Assembly (NCBI GenBank): GCA_028678665.1 | Contig: JAJRDA010000003.1 | Span: 1 to 37,941, forward strand | From: Methanomicrobiales archaeon | Lineage (GTDB): Archaea > Halobacteriota > Methanomicrobia > Methanomicrobiales > JACTUA01 | DNA length: 37,941 nucleotides | Direction: 5' to 3' | Part shown: in pieces, positions 17,967-27,992 of the stretch | Layout of the letters: the number at the start of each line of letters is the position of its first letter | Position numbering within the stretch: position 1 is the first letter of the stretch | Position numbers and translations under genes: made by a program | The notes under the pieces: generated by a model | Seen by the model: only the letters and a program-made list of their open reading frames with translations | Told to the model about the DNA's origin: nothing | Databases searched by the model: none

Positions 17967-19449
17967 TCTCCTCACCCAGCAGCCGGTTCATGCCCGCAAT
18001 GACTGCTTCGACGCTGGCCATGATGATGTCGGTGCGGGCTCCGCGAGACGTAAGTATCTTTCCGTCCTTACTTAACCTTACCGTAACCTCGACGAGGGCG
18101 TCCGTCCCGCCCCGGATGGCGTCCACGTGGTACTCCTCCAGGCGGATGTCCCCGGCCGCGGCAACGGTGCGGCGGAGCGCCTCGACCGCGGCATCGACAG
18201 GACCGTTTCCCGTCGATGCACCGGTGACATCCTTCCCGTTCACGACCAGGGTCACCGACGCGGTGGGCACCACGTGGCTCCCCGAGACCACCGTGAACTG
18301 CTTGAGAGAGAGGGCAGGGGTGAATGCGAGACCCAGCACCGCCTCGGCGATGGCCATGAGATCGGCATCGGTGACGCGTTTCCCCTGGTCGCCCAGGGCT
18401 TTGATTCGTGCCACGATCTCCCTGAGCTGTTTCTCGTCAGCGGTGTAGTGCATCTCGTCCAGGGCTGCCTGGACGGACGCGGAGCCGGAGTGCTTGCCCA
18501 GCACGATCCGCCGGCGGCGGCCCACGAGATCCGGCGTGATGGGCTCGTAGGTCCGGGAGTCCCGGAGGATCCCGTGGGCATGGATCCCGCTCTCGTGGGT
18601 GAAGGCCATCTCGCCCACGATGGCCTTATTGGTAGGCAGGGGGACGCCGGTGAGCCGGGATACCAGCGTGGAAAGGTGGTAGAGCTCCTGGGTACGGATG
18701 CCGGTCCGGTACCCGTACAGCACCTCCAGTGCCATGACCAGCTCCTCAAACGCGGTGTTCCCGGCCCGCTCCCCCAGGCCGTTCACCGTGGTATGGGCGC
18801 AGGTGGCCCCTGCCTTCAGGGCAGCGAGCGTGTTGGCCATCCCCACCCCCAGGTCGTCATGGCAGTGGATGGAGAGCGGGGCCAGGGCCGCGAGCGGTGG
18901 CATCATCTCTACCGTCCGTTCAGGGGTCAGGATCCCCACCGTATCGCAGAAGCAGAGCCGGTCCGCTCCCCGACGGACGCCCTCGGCAAAGATCTCCCGG
19001 AGGAACGCCTGGTCCGCCCGGGAGGCATCCTCGCCGGAGAGCTCCACGATGAGCCCCCGCTCCTTCGCGTGCTCCACCGCGCTCCACGCCATCTGGCATA
19101 CCTGGTCCCTGCTCTTCCGGAGCTTCTTCTGGATGTGGAGATCGCTCACCGGGACGACCAGGTGGACCGAATCAACCCCGCAGTCCGCGGCCTGGTCGAT
19201 GTCCTCCCGGAGGGCACGGACATACGTGCAGATCTCGGCGGAGAGCCCTGCACCTGCAATGAGGCGGATGGCCTCCCGTTCTCCCTCCGACGCGGCCACT
19301 GAACCGGCCTCGACGACGTGGACACCCACATCGGCAAGTTTCGTGGCGATCTCGAGCTTTCCGGACGGCGTGAGCGAGACACCCGGTGTCTGTTCGCCGT
19401 CACGCAGGGTGGTGTCAAAAAAGCGGATTCCTTCAGCGAATAAAACAAT
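17938..19449 (-). CDS. cimA: (R)-citramalate synthase; 5' end lacks a canonical in-frame start codon
   Basis: The frame stays open to 19452 and reads (G)IVLFAEGIRFFDTTLRDGEQTPGVSL. SVHLVVP, GLIVELSGEDASR, HCHDDLG and HESGIH match archaeal CimA-type DRE-TIM enzymes; the gene lies upstream of ilvBN. Confidence 0.85.
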   Translation of the reverse strand: MVLFAEGIRFFDTTLRDGEQTPGVSLTPSGKLEIATKLADVGVHVVEAGSVAASEGEREAIRLIAGAGLSAEICTYVRALREDIDQAADCGVDSVHLVVPVSDLHIQKKLRKSRDQVCQMAWSAVEHAKERGLIVELSGEDASRADQAFLREIFAEGVRRGADRLCFCDTVGILTPERTVEMMPPLAALAPLSIHCHDDLGVGMANTLAALKAGATCAHTTVNGLGERAGNTAFEELVMALEVLYGYRTGIRTQELYHLSTLVSRLTGVPLPTNKAIVGEMAFTHESGIHAHGILRDSRTYEPITPDLVGRRRRIVLGKHSGSASVQAALDEMHYTADEKQLREIVARIKALGDQGKRVTDADLMAIAEAVLGLAFTPALSLKQFTVVSGSHVVPTASVTLVVNGKDVTGASTGNGPVDAAVEALRRTVAAAGDIRLEEYHVDAIRGGTDALVEVTVRLSKDGKILTSRGARTDIIMASVEAVIAGMNRLLGEENEDRSKDTR

Positions 19450-19456
19450 CCCTCAT
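19433..19456 (-). other. 7-codon upstream ORF (MRDCFIR*) overlapping the cimA 5' end out of frame
   Basis: ATG AGG GAT TGT TTT ATT CGC TGA; first ATG downstream of the TATA box; cimA is in the +1 frame. Confidence 0.7.
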
Positions 19457-19488
19457 GGTGTGCACCGGAAAGTAGTGGTGGAAGATCG

Positions 19489-19496
19489 TATTTAAA
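19489..19496 (-). promoter_or_regulatory. TATA box of the cimA-ilvB-ilvN operon
   Basis: TTTAAATA, 32 nt upstream of the uORF ATG, in an otherwise GC-rich context. Confidence 0.7.
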
Positions 19497-19592
19497 GATT
19501 GAGGAACGGCATGTCCCGTTTGGATCTCCATCGTTTGGAGGGATAAGAGATCCTGAGAATGCGCTGATCCCGGTTGCGGAGAAAAAGGGGGT

Positions 19593-20261
19593 TCAGGGGG
19601 CCGGTGCCGGGGCGGGACCGGCACTGTCATAGAGCAGGGTGGTGTAGCGTGCACCGAACAGTGCCAGGGGAACACCGAGGAACATCTGGATGAGCCACCC
19701 GATCAGGGGAATCATGCCGATGATGGCCAGGATGAAGGCGAGGACCATGACAACGATGATAAAGATGATGAGTGCCAGGAGGTAGCTGCCCCAGCCGATC
19801 TTCCCGATGTGAGCCAGGATCGCACTGATGTTGAAGGCCTCACCGAATTTATCCGTGCGGGCAAACCGCACTTCCGCAATCACGAGGATAAGTATCGTGA
19901 GGATAAGCACGATGATGGCAAGGAGAATCCCTCCGGCAATGCCAGCCCACATGCCCGCACTCAGGGAGCCTTCAGCTACCGCCGTGATGATGGCAGTCCC
20001 TACGGTCAGGAAGAAGATGGCAAGGAACGGGATAAGGTAGATCAGACAGATGATCAGGAGTTTGATCCCGTCAACCAGGAGCTTCACCCAGTCAGTGAGC
20101 TCCGGGGCAGGCTTGATACCCCGGTAGACCTGCATCTGGTAACCAATCATGAGCGGGAAGAGGATACTGCAGACAAGAAGCAGGATCCAGCGGACCCATT
20201 TCCCCCAGACAGCCTCGACCGCGTACTCGTAGGAATCACCCAGCGCTTTACCTATATCCAT
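19593..20261 (-). CDS. DUF4013 family membrane protein
   Basis: MDIGKALGDSYEYA..WGKWVRW, GYQMQVYRG..PAPEL.DW..L.VDG and IGW..Y motifs. Confidence 0.85.
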   Translation of the reverse strand: MDIGKALGDSYEYAVEAVWGKWVRWILLLVCSILFPLMIGYQMQVYRGIKPAPELTDWVKLLVDGIKLLIICLIYLIPFLAIFFLTVGTAIITAVAEGSLSAGMWAGIAGGILLAIIVLILTILILVIAEVRFARTDKFGEAFNISAILAHIGKIGWGSYLLALIIFIIVVMVLAFILAIIGMIPLIGWLIQMFLGVPLALFGARYTTLLYDSAGPAPAPAP

Positions 20262-20646
20262 AGAATCACCGTACCGGTGTCTTCTTTTCCTTATATATAT
20301 ACCTATCTCTCAAAGTCTTCGATATAACGGTTTTTTATGAAAAAAACCTCTCTCCCATCATTTGCGATTTTCTTTTTCCGGCAGAAATTTTGCGAACCTC
20401 GCAGGGATGGCATGGGGGGACCCTCCATGCCCTGGATGGCTCCCATGGAAGGCAGCGGCAACAGCGGGTGGGAATGCCCCCCGGGGTGGTTTCGGAGGTT
20501 CTCGCTGCCATGTCCCGGGGATACTCAGGGAAGATGGAGATACCCATCCAGTCGAGTGGAAAGAGCCGGGAGGCAGATCCGGATGGGGGAGACACGGGTC
20601 AGTGGGAGAAAATTATACGAGATCGTGGAGAAGAGGTAGAGAAGAG

Positions 20647-21075
20647 ATGAGAGGGATGGTGGCGATGCTCCGGTCGTTCCTGGTGTTCGTTCTGATACTC
20701 TCCATTCTGGTCGCGGGATGTGCTGGCAACCAGGAGGCGGTCACCGTCAGGACCGGCGAAGTGTTCACCATCGGCATCGGCCAGAGCGCCCGGATCGCGG
20801 GGGAAGACATGGTGATCACGTTCGAGGAAGTCATCGGCGACAGCCGCTGTCCCAGGGAGGTGGTCTGTGTCTGGGCTGGTGTGGCTGCGAGTCGTGTCAG
20901 GATTATCCACCTGGGCACCCCCTCCTCCCTGGTGCTGAATCAGCCGGGACTTTCAGAGGACGCACAGGAAACTTTTGGTGACTATACGCTCACCTTCAAC
21001 CTGAATCCCTATCCAAGGGCGGGCGAGGAGATACCGCCGGACGAGTACCGACTGACCCTGAGTATCACCAGATAG
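20647..21075 (+). CDS. Putative lipoprotein
   Basis: Signal peptide with LVAGC lipobox and a DSRCP..VVCVWAG motif; the start could also be 20656 or 20665. Confidence 0.75.
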   Translation: MRGMVAMLRSFLVFVLILSILVAGCAGNQEAVTVRTGEVFTIGIGQSARIAGEDMVITFEEVIGDSRCPREVVCVWAGVAASRVRIIHLGTPSSLVLNQPGLSEDAQETFGDYTLTFNLNPYPRAGEEIPPDEYRLTLSITR

Positions 21076-21118
21076 TTCCCCTGGCCGCGTACCTCTCATC
21101 CGGAAGAAAAAAGGAAGA

Positions 21119-21885
21119 TCAGGAGATCTGTGGTCCAGGGGTGTCCGGAACCGCTTCGACCCCGGCTGGCGGTATCCCCAGTTCGTAGACCAGCGTCTGG
21201 AACCGGGCACCAAAGATCATCACCGGGACGTACAGGAAGAGCGCCACAACCAGCACCGGTATGATCAGCAGGAGGAGGTAGACCGCGTATTTTCCTGACA
21301 TGAGCCAGACCAGGCTTCCAGGGGGGAACCGGTTGAAGAGGGAGAAGGGTGAGAACGCCACCTGGCCTCCCGGCCAGATATGACACCACCGACCCGCAGG
21401 GCGATGATGTACGGTCCCCATCCGATGGTCCGGATAGGGGCCAGGACGTTCCCGATCTGGAAAGCATCCCCTGCCCTCCCGCTCTGTGCCCCCAAACGAT
21501 GGCGATATACAGGAGCACTGCCGCAACGATGAAGAGAATGACCGCGGCGAGGAGACCCAGCAAGAAGACGAGAACGGGGAACGGAGAGAAACCACTTTTT
21601 GCGACGAGGGACTGGATCAGGGGTATCAGGGAGAGGAAGAATACCAGGAGTCCCGGAAGCAGGTAGACTATGTTGATGGCCAGGTACTTCAGGCCGTCAA
21701 GGAAAAGCCTGCCCTACCCCTCCAGCTCCGGTGGTGATGAGCCGCCGCGATATATACTCATCATATACCCTAGGGACACGGGGAAGACCACGAGGGATAC
21801 GAAAGAGTCCCCACCTCTTCCAGTGTCCCCAGATTGCTACTTTCGTGAACCCGATTGCATCCCCGACCATCTGTTCAAAGTCCAT
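21119..21885 (-). pseudogene. Degraded DUF4013 paralog
   Basis: Pieces in different frames align to 19593..20261: MDFEQMVGDAIGF..WGHWKRW / GYMMSIYRG..PPELEG*GRLFLDGLK / AFQIGNVLAPIRTIGWGPY / VPVMIFGARFQTLVYE. In-frame TAG at 21714-21716 plus several frameshifts. Confidence 0.85.
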
Positions 21886-21903
21886 GGAACCATCACCCTG
21901 CGT

Positions 21904-23388
21904 TCAGTGCCTGAAATATCTGATCCCGGTGAATATCATCGCCACGTCCAGCCGGTTCGCTGCCGCGATCACCTCTGCATCCCGAATGGATCCCCCGGGC
22001 TGGACGAGCGCAGTGGCCCCGGCCGCGGCCGCTTCCTCCAGGGTGTCCGGGAACGGGAGGAACCCGTCTGATGCCACCCCTGATCCCTTCAGGGAGTGGC
22101 GGGCTTTCTGGACGGCGATCTTCGCTGCATCCACCCGGCTCGTCTGCCCTGCCCCGATCCCCAGGGTCCGGCCCCGGTCCGCGTAGACGATGGCATTGGA
22201 CCGGGTGTGGGTGCAGACCTTCCAGGCCAGCCTGAGGGCCTCCAGTTCACCGGCCGTGGGATCCCGTTCGCTGACCACCTTCCAGTGCTCCTGGAACGCC
22301 GGGGTCTGCTGCAGGAGCGCCCCGCCGTCGATGGTCCGGATCTCCGGGCCGGGGGAGGGTGGCGGGAGCGTGAGGACCCGCATCTGCTCCTTCCGTTTCA
22401 TCTCCGTAAGGGCCGGTGCGGTAAACAACGGGGCGATGACCACCTCGATGAACGTGCTGCAGATCTCCCTTGCGGTATCCGCGTCCACCTCCCGGTTCAG
22501 GGCCACGATCCCCCCATAGGCAGAGACCGGGTCCGCTTCCCTGGCTTCGATGTAAGTCCTGTGCAGGTCGTTCCCCACCGCAACGCCGCATGGGTTGTTG
22601 TGTTTCACACAGACAGCGGCGCAGTCGTCGAATTCCCGCAGAAGGCCGACGGCAGCAGAGAGGTCCAGGTAGTTATTGTACGACATCTCCTTTCCCTGCA
22701 GGGGAACGCGGCCAGCAATCCCTGCCTCACCATACACCGCCCCCTGCTGGTGGGGATTTTCGCCGTAGCGGAGGGGACGCCCGTTCCGGAACTGCACGGT
22801 ATACACGTCGGGGAACCGGGTCCCGAGGGAGTGAAGGTGGTTACTGATGGCGGCATCGTAGGCGGCCGTGCGGGCGAAGGCCTTCTTTGCGAGCCGGAGG
22901 CGGTCCTCCGTGGTGAATCCCCCGGACTCCGCGGCCCGTATCACGGCGGGATAATCCTCCGGGTCCACGACCACGGCCACGTCCCGGTAGTTCTTGGCCG
23001 CGGCGCGGATCATGGCCGGCCCCCCGATGTCTATGAACTCTACCAGGTGTTCCAGGTCCAGGCCCTGGCCTGCCATCTGCTCGAAGGGGTACAGGTTCAC
23101 GACCAGCAGGTCAATCCCCTGGATCCCGAGAGTCTGCATGACGGCGTCGTCGATACCGCGGCGTCCCAGGAGACCCCCGTGGATCTTCGGGTGGAGGGTC
23201 TTCACCCGGCCGTCCATCATCTCCGGGGCCCCGGTGTAGGTGGAGACCTCGGTGAACGGGATCCCGGCAGACGCGAGGGCTTTACCGGTGCCTCCCGAGG
23301 AGAGGATCTGTACCCCGTGCCGGGTCAGGGCACGGCCCAGTTCTGTAATGCCGCGTTTCTCCCAGACGGAGAGGAGTGCCCACTGCAT
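21904..23388 (-). CDS. purH: Bifunctional AICAR transformylase/IMP cyclohydrolase
   Basis: ALLSVWEK, GRVKTLHPKIHGG, IDIGGPAMIRAAAKN, LRYGENPHQ, KHNNPCG and QPGGSIRD motifs. Confidence 0.97.
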   Translation of the reverse strand: MQWALLSVWEKRGITELGRALTRHGVQILSSGGTGKALASAGIPFTEVSTYTGAPEMMDGRVKTLHPKIHGGLLGRRGIDDAVMQTLGIQGIDLLVVNLYPFEQMAGQGLDLEHLVEFIDIGGPAMIRAAAKNYRDVAVVVDPEDYPAVIRAAESGGFTTEDRLRLAKKAFARTAAYDAAISNHLHSLGTRFPDVYTVQFRNGRPLRYGENPHQQGAVYGEAGIAGRVPLQGKEMSYNNYLDLSAAVGLLREFDDCAAVCVKHNNPCGVAVGNDLHRTYIEAREADPVSAYGGIVALNREVDADTAREICSTFIEVVIAPLFTAPALTEMKRKEQMRVLTLPPPSPGPEIRTIDGGALLQQTPAFQEHWKVVSERDPTAGELEALRLAWKVCTHTRSNAIVYADRGRTLGIGAGQTSRVDAAKIAVQKARHSLKGSGVASDGFLPFPDTLEEAAAAGATALVQPGGSIRDAEVIAAANRLDVAMIFTGIRYFRH

Positions 23389-23588
23389 ACCCAACCCTTC
23401 ACCCGGGGTGTCATAATAGGTGGTATTTCCGCGCTCCCTCGCGGTGAAGCGGCGCAGAGAGAGGGGTGATACCCGCATTCATGGAGGAAAAATACAAACG
23501 AGGCAGGAATCATGCTTCGATTGCAGGAAGGATGGCAATTATCCCTTATGGTGAGAAAAGAGACCCGTTATCGAGTGATTTCCCTGGG

Positions 23589-23608
23589 GAAAAGCAATAC
23601 TTATATAG
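23589..23608 (+). promoter_or_regulatory. BRE/TATA promoter of grpE-dnaK-dnaJ
   Basis: GAAAAGCAATAC-TTATATAG about 45 nt upstream of the grpE ATG. Confidence 0.65.
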
Positions 23609-23652
23609 AACTCCACCTCCATTACTGATTGTACACTGACAGAGGGTTCCGT

Positions 23653-24192
23653 ATGGCAGACCCACAACCGGACCAGGAGAATGCATCACCCGCCATGGCG
23701 GAACCAGTCCCTGCCGGCCAGCCGCCGGAAGAGGATACCGCCACCGCGGATCTGCAGCGATCGTACGACGAGCTCCGGGACCGGTATCTGCGCCTGGCCG
23801 CAGACCTGGACAACTTTCGGAAACGGGCCGCCCGCGAGAACGAGGCCGTGATCCGGGAACAGGTGGAGCGGTTCACCCGCGACCTGCTGGGGGGGATGGA
23901 TGACCTGGACCGTGCGCTCCAGTCCGACGGCACCATGCTCCGGGAGGGGCTGGAGCGGATCCGGCAGGTCTTCCTTGCCTCCTTTGCCCGGCACGGCATC
24001 CGGCCGGTGGAGGCAATGGGGGTTCCCTTCAATCCCCGGGAGCACGAGGCGGTGGCCTGCGTGGTCTCGGATGAGCCCGAGGGGATCGTGATCCAGGAAG
24101 TGAACCGTGGGTACGCCAGAGAGGACCGGATCATCAGGTTTGCGAAAGTGATTGTCTCGAAAGGAAAAGAGAAGGAACAGGAGATACAATGA
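23653..24192 (+). CDS. grpE: Nucleotide exchange factor GrpE
   Basis: [22 protein letters not shown] and GY...[10 protein letters not shown] motifs. Confidence 0.95.
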   Translation: MADPQPDQENASPAMAEPVPAGQPPEEDTATADLQRSYDELRDRYLRLAADLDNFRKRAARENEAVIREQVERFTRDLLGGMDDLDRALQSDGTMLREGLERIRQVFLASFARHGIRPVEAMGVPFNPREHEAVACVVSDEPEGIVIQEVNRGYAREDRIIRFAKVIVSKGKEKEQEIQ

Positions 24193-26039
24193 CGGCACAG
24201 AAGGTGAGCGAGAAAGTACTGGGTATCGACCTGGGGACCACCAACTCCTGCATGGCCATCATGGAGGCAGGGAGACCGGTGGTGATCCCGAACGCGGAGG
24301 GCGGCAGGATTACCCCGTCCATCGTGGCGTTCAGCAAGGAAGGGGAACGGGTGGTGGGCTCGGTGGCCAAGCACCAGGCCATCACGAACCCCCAGCGGAC
24401 AATCATGTCCATAAAAAGGAAGATGGGCACGAGCGAAACCATCTCCATCGACGACAGGAAGTTCACGCCGCAGGAGATCTCGGCCATGATCCTGCAGAAG
24501 ATGAAGGTGGATGCCGAGGCCTACCTGGGGGAGAAGATCGCAAAGGCGGTGGTCACGGTCCCTGCCTACTTCAACGATGCCCAGCGGCAGGCCACCAAGG
24601 ACGCGGGGAAGATCGCGGGACTGGACGTGCTCCGGATCATCAACGAGCCCACGGCCTCGGCCCTCGCCTACGGGATCGACAGGGAGAAGGAAGCCACGGT
24701 GCTGGTCTACGACCTGGGCGGCGGCACCTTCGACGTTTCCATCCTGAACCTGGGGGACGGCGTCTTTGAGGTGCAGTCAACAGCAGGCAACAACCACCTG
24801 GGGGGGGACGACTTTGACCAGCGGGTGATGGACTTTCTCATCGACGAGTTCCGGAAGAAGGAAGGGATCGACCTCCGGAAGGACCCCATCGCCATGCAGC
24901 GGCTCCGGGATGCCTCCGAGAACGCGAAGATCGAGCTCTCCACCGTGACGAAGGCCGCCATCAACCTCCCCTACATCACCTCCGATGCCAGCGGACCCAA
25001 GTTCCTGAACCTGGACCTGACCCGGGCGAAGCTGGAGCAGCTGACCCGCGACCTGATCGATGCCACCATTGGCCCGGTGAAACAGGCCCTCTCAGATGCC
25101 AAGATGGAACCGAAGGATATCGACCATGTGCTCCTTGTCGGAGGTGCCACCCGGATGCCCGCGGTGCAGGAGCTGGTCAAGGACATGCTGAAGAAGGAGC
25201 CGGACAAGGGGATCAACCCGGACGAGTGCGTGGCAGTCGGCGCTGCCATCCAGGGGGCTGTCCTCACCGGCGAGACGAAGGACATCGTGCTCCTGGACGT
25301 GACCCCGCTGACCCTGGGAATTGAAACCCTGGGCGGGATCGCGACGAAGATCATCGAGCGGAACACCACCATCCCCACGAGAAAGAGCCAGATCTTCTCC
25401 ACTGCCGCCGACGGCCAGACCGCGGTGGATATCCACGTGGTCCAGGGAGAGCGGGCGCTTGCGAAGGACAACGTGACCCTGGGGAAGTTCCAGCTCACCG
25501 GGATCCCCCCTGCACCCCGTGGCATCCCGCAGATCGAGGTCACCTTTGACATCGATGCGAATGGCATCACCCATGTGACGGCAAAGGACCTGGCCAGCGG
25601 CAACGAACAGGCCATCACCATCAAGGGGGGAAAGGGCATCCCTGACAGGGATATCCAGCGGATGGTGAACGAGGCCAAGGGCTTCGAGGAGGAGGACCGG
25701 AAGAAGCGGGAGGAGATCGAGCTTCACAACATGGCGGACACCGCCATCTACCAGGCCGAGAAGACCCTGAAGGATGCCGGGGATAAGATAGAGAGCGCGG
25801 ACCGGTCCGGTATCGAGGCTGCCGCGGACAATCTCAGGAAAGCCATGGACGCGAATGACACCGAGGGCATGAAGAAGGGGTTGGACCGGCTCACGGAAGC
25901 AGTCTACGGTGTGACCCAGAAGATGTACGCAAAGGCCCAGGCAGCGAGAGAGCAGGCACAGGCCGGGCCTGCGGGGAGCGGCGGGGCAACAGACGAGAAG
26001 GTCGTGGATGCCGACTTTGAAGTGAAAGACGACGCGTGA
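24189..26039 (+). CDS. dnaK: Chaperone DnaK (Hsp70)
   Basis: [27 protein letters not shown] and [10 protein letters not shown] motifs; archaeal/Gram-positive type lacking the ~23-aa insert. Confidence 0.99.
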   Translation: MTAQKVSEKVLGIDLGTTNSCMAIMEAGRPVVIPNAEGGRITPSIVAFSKEGERVVGSVAKHQAITNPQRTIMSIKRKMGTSETISIDDRKFTPQEISAMILQKMKVDAEAYLGEKIAKAVVTVPAYFNDAQRQATKDAGKIAGLDVLRIINEPTASALAYGIDREKEATVLVYDLGGGTFDVSILNLGDGVFEVQSTAGNNHLGGDDFDQRVMDFLIDEFRKKEGIDLRKDPIAMQRLRDASENAKIELSTVTKAAINLPYITSDASGPKFLNLDLTRAKLEQLTRDLIDATIGPVKQALSDAKMEPKDIDHVLLVGGATRMPAVQELVKDMLKKEPDKGINPDECVAVGAAIQGAVLTGETKDIVLLDVTPLTLGIETLGGIATKIIERNTTIPTRKSQIFSTAADGQTAVDIHVVQGERALAKDNVTLGKFQLTGIPPAPRGIPQIEVTFDIDANGITHVTAKDLASGNEQAITIKGGKGIPDRDIQRMVNEAKGFEEEDRKKREEIELHNMADTAIYQAEKTLKDAGDKIESADRSGIEAAADNLRKAMDANDTEGMKKGLDRLTEAVYGVTQKMYAKAQAAREQAQAGPAGSGGATDEKVVDADFEVKDDA

Positions 26040-27208
26040 GCCGGATGACCCCGGGCGACTACTACCAGGTCCTGGGTGTCCCCAGGAGCGCGGGTGAGAA
26101 GGAGATCCGGAAGGCCTACCGGACGCTGGCCCGGAAGTACCACCCCGATGTCTGCAAGGATCCGGGGGCAGAGGAGCGGTTCAAGGAGATCAACCAGGCT
26201 TACAGCGTGCTCTCGGACCCGGACCGGAAGGCCCAGTACGACCGGATGGGCCACGACACCTACACCAGCGCCTCCCGGGGGTCGTACACCGGAGGAGGGT
26301 TCGGCGGGGGGCCCTTCGGAGGGTTCCAGGCAGATTTCTCGGGGTTCGGGGATATCTTTGACACCTTCTTCGGGGGGGGACCCTTCGGAGGGTTCCAGCG
26401 CACCGCCCAGGGTCCTCGGTCCGGTAGCGACCTCCTGATGCGCCTCCAGGTGCCCCTGGAGGACGCGGTGGCAGGCACGGACCGGGAGATCGAGGTCTCC
26501 CACAGCGAGCCGTGCCCTGCCTGCAAGGGAAGCGGCAGCGAGACCGGGAAGGTGGTGAACTGCGCCAAGTGCGGCGGGACCGGCCAGTTCCGGCAGATGA
26601 CCTCCACCGCGTTCGGGCAGTTCGTCCGGATGTCCACCTGCCCGGAGTGCAGCGGGCGGGGAAGAGTCCCTGAGAAGCAGTGCCCCTCCTGCCGGGGCAG
26701 CGGCCATACCCGGACGAAGCGGAAGATCAGGGTCCACATCCCGGCAGGGATTGAGACGGGCATGCGGCTCCGGATGGAAGGCTTCGGCGAGGCCGGCGAG
26801 TACGGGGCCCCCAGCGGCGACCTCTTCGTCGAGGTGGCCGTGCTCCCCCACGACCGGTTCATCCGGGACGGCGACGACCTGGAGACCGCGATCCACATCT
26901 CGCCGGCCCAGGCGGTGATCGGATCCGCGGTGGACGTGGAGACCATCGATCACCGGCACATTGACGTCCACGTCCCCCCGGGAACCCAGCAGAACGCCGT
27001 GATCCGGGTGCAGGGGGAGGGCGTGAAGAGGAAAGGCCGCCACGGTGACCTCAGGGTCAGGGTCAAAATCGCGGTGCCGAAGCACCTGACCGACGAGGAG
27101 CGGGGACTCTACCACCGCCTGCTGGAGCTGGAGGGGAAGAAGGCTCCGGAAAGCGGGGGATTCTTCGGCGACTTCATGGGGAAGAAGCGGAAGAAGAAGG
27201 ACCGCTGA
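26036..27208 (+). CDS. dnaJ: Chaperone DnaJ
   Basis: J-domain with HPD, G/F-rich region and four CxxCxGxG motifs; the start may be ATG 26045. Confidence 0.98.
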   Translation: MSRMTPGDYYQVLGVPRSAGEKEIRKAYRTLARKYHPDVCKDPGAEERFKEINQAYSVLSDPDRKAQYDRMGHDTYTSASRGSYTGGGFGGGPFGGFQADFSGFGDIFDTFFGGGPFGGFQRTAQGPRSGSDLLMRLQVPLEDAVAGTDREIEVSHSEPCPACKGSGSETGKVVNCAKCGGTGQFRQMTSTAFGQFVRMSTCPECSGRGRVPEKQCPSCRGSGHTRTKRKIRVHIPAGIETGMRLRMEGFGEAGEYGAPSGDLFVEVAVLPHDRFIRDGDDLETAIHISPAQAVIGSAVDVETIDHRHIDVHVPPGTQQNAVIRVQGEGVKRKGRHGDLRVRVKIAVPKHLTDEERGLYHRLLELEGKKAPESGGFFGDFMGKKRKKKDR

Positions 27209-27368
27209 TCCCCACGGCTGGGGATGAAGAGAGAACGAGCCGCATCCTTCCCGACTCCCATGCCGGGAACAGAGATCCTTTCCCCTCTGTTTCCCTGTAG
27301 TATCTCTTACCCTCCCCGTTGCTCTCCTCCAGGGCAAAGGGGGTCATTATTCTTTTGGAATACGTCTG

Positions 27369-27416
27369 GTGAGACGCTCTCGGGGGCGCCGCCCCCGCCG
27401 CGTGGGCACCCCCCGG
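27369..27416 (+). repeat. Intergenic hairpin repeat family B, copy 1
   Basis: GTGAGACGCTCTC-GGGGGC-GCC-GCCCCC-GCCGCGTGGGCACCCCCCGG. Confidence 0.8.
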
Positions 27417-27472
27417 AGGTTTCCGGGCACCCTCACCTGAAGGATACCCCAAAGAAAAAGGATGGGACGGAA

Positions 27473-27534
27473 TATCCTCACGGGGGAGGGGCCGGGAGGG
27501 GGCAGGCCCCCTCCCGCCGGTTATCTCGGAGGAT
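27473..27534 (+). repeat. Intergenic hairpin repeat family A, copy 2
   Basis: TATCCTCACGGGGGAGGGGC-CGGGAGGGGGC-AG-GCCCCCTCCCG...GGAGGAT. Confidence 0.85.
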
Positions 27535-27592
27535 CATCTCACCACCGTCCCCGAGCCAAACCTTCATCTCCCAAAGAGGCGACGGGCTCAGC

Positions 27593-27907
27593 ATGGCCCC
27601 CGGAGAGGAATCCCCGCCGTCCGTCCTCGTTAGGTATCTGGCCGGCCTCGGGGACCCTGACCCGATGCGCCGGTACCGGGCAGCCGAGGCACTGGGGCGC
27701 CTGCGCGATCCGGGCGCAGTGGAGGGGCTTATCCGGGCACTGGATGACCCCGACTGGAGGGTCCGGGTCAAGGCAGCCTGGGCCCTGGGCACCATCGGGG
27801 ACATGCGGGCGTACCGACCGCTGGAGCACCACATGCAGGACCCGGTGGACAGCGTCCAGGAGATGATCCGCGAGGCCCTGGACCGTATCCGGGCAGGGGG
27901 GGGATGA
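27593..27907 (+). CDS. Small HEAT/PBS-lyase-like repeat protein
   Basis: RRYRAAEALGRLRDPGAVEGLIRALDDPDWRVRVKAAWALG; true start ATG 27593 (the upstream ORF extension runs through repeats). Confidence 0.85.
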   Translation: MAPGEESPPSVLVRYLAGLGDPDPMRRYRAAEALGRLRDPGAVEGLIRALDDPDWRVRVKAAWALGTIGDMRAYRPLEHHMQDPVDSVQEMIREALDRIRAGGG

Positions 27908-27992
27908 AGGGAGAAAATCAGGACTATATCATCCCAATCGGGAAAAAAGGGCTTCCATGAACTATTAAGTAGGAGGGAGTGCCACCTTTTTC

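Noticed and set aside
19146-19448. TTG-initiated ORF MFYSLKES... as the cimA start
   Set aside because: It is in the third frame and does not encode the DTTLRDGEQ motif.
21714-21716. In-frame TAG as possible pyrrolysine codon
   Set aside because: It replaces a conserved Trp (TGG to TAG) in a gene that also has several frameshifts, so ordinary decay explains it.
23653-27208. Bacterial-type DnaK system in an archaeon as a novelty
   Set aside because: grpE-dnaK-dnaJ is well known in Methanomicrobia and Halobacteria.
27224-27592. N-terminal extension of the HEAT ORF
   Set aside because: It spans repeats B and A; protein-like sequence begins only at ATG 27593.
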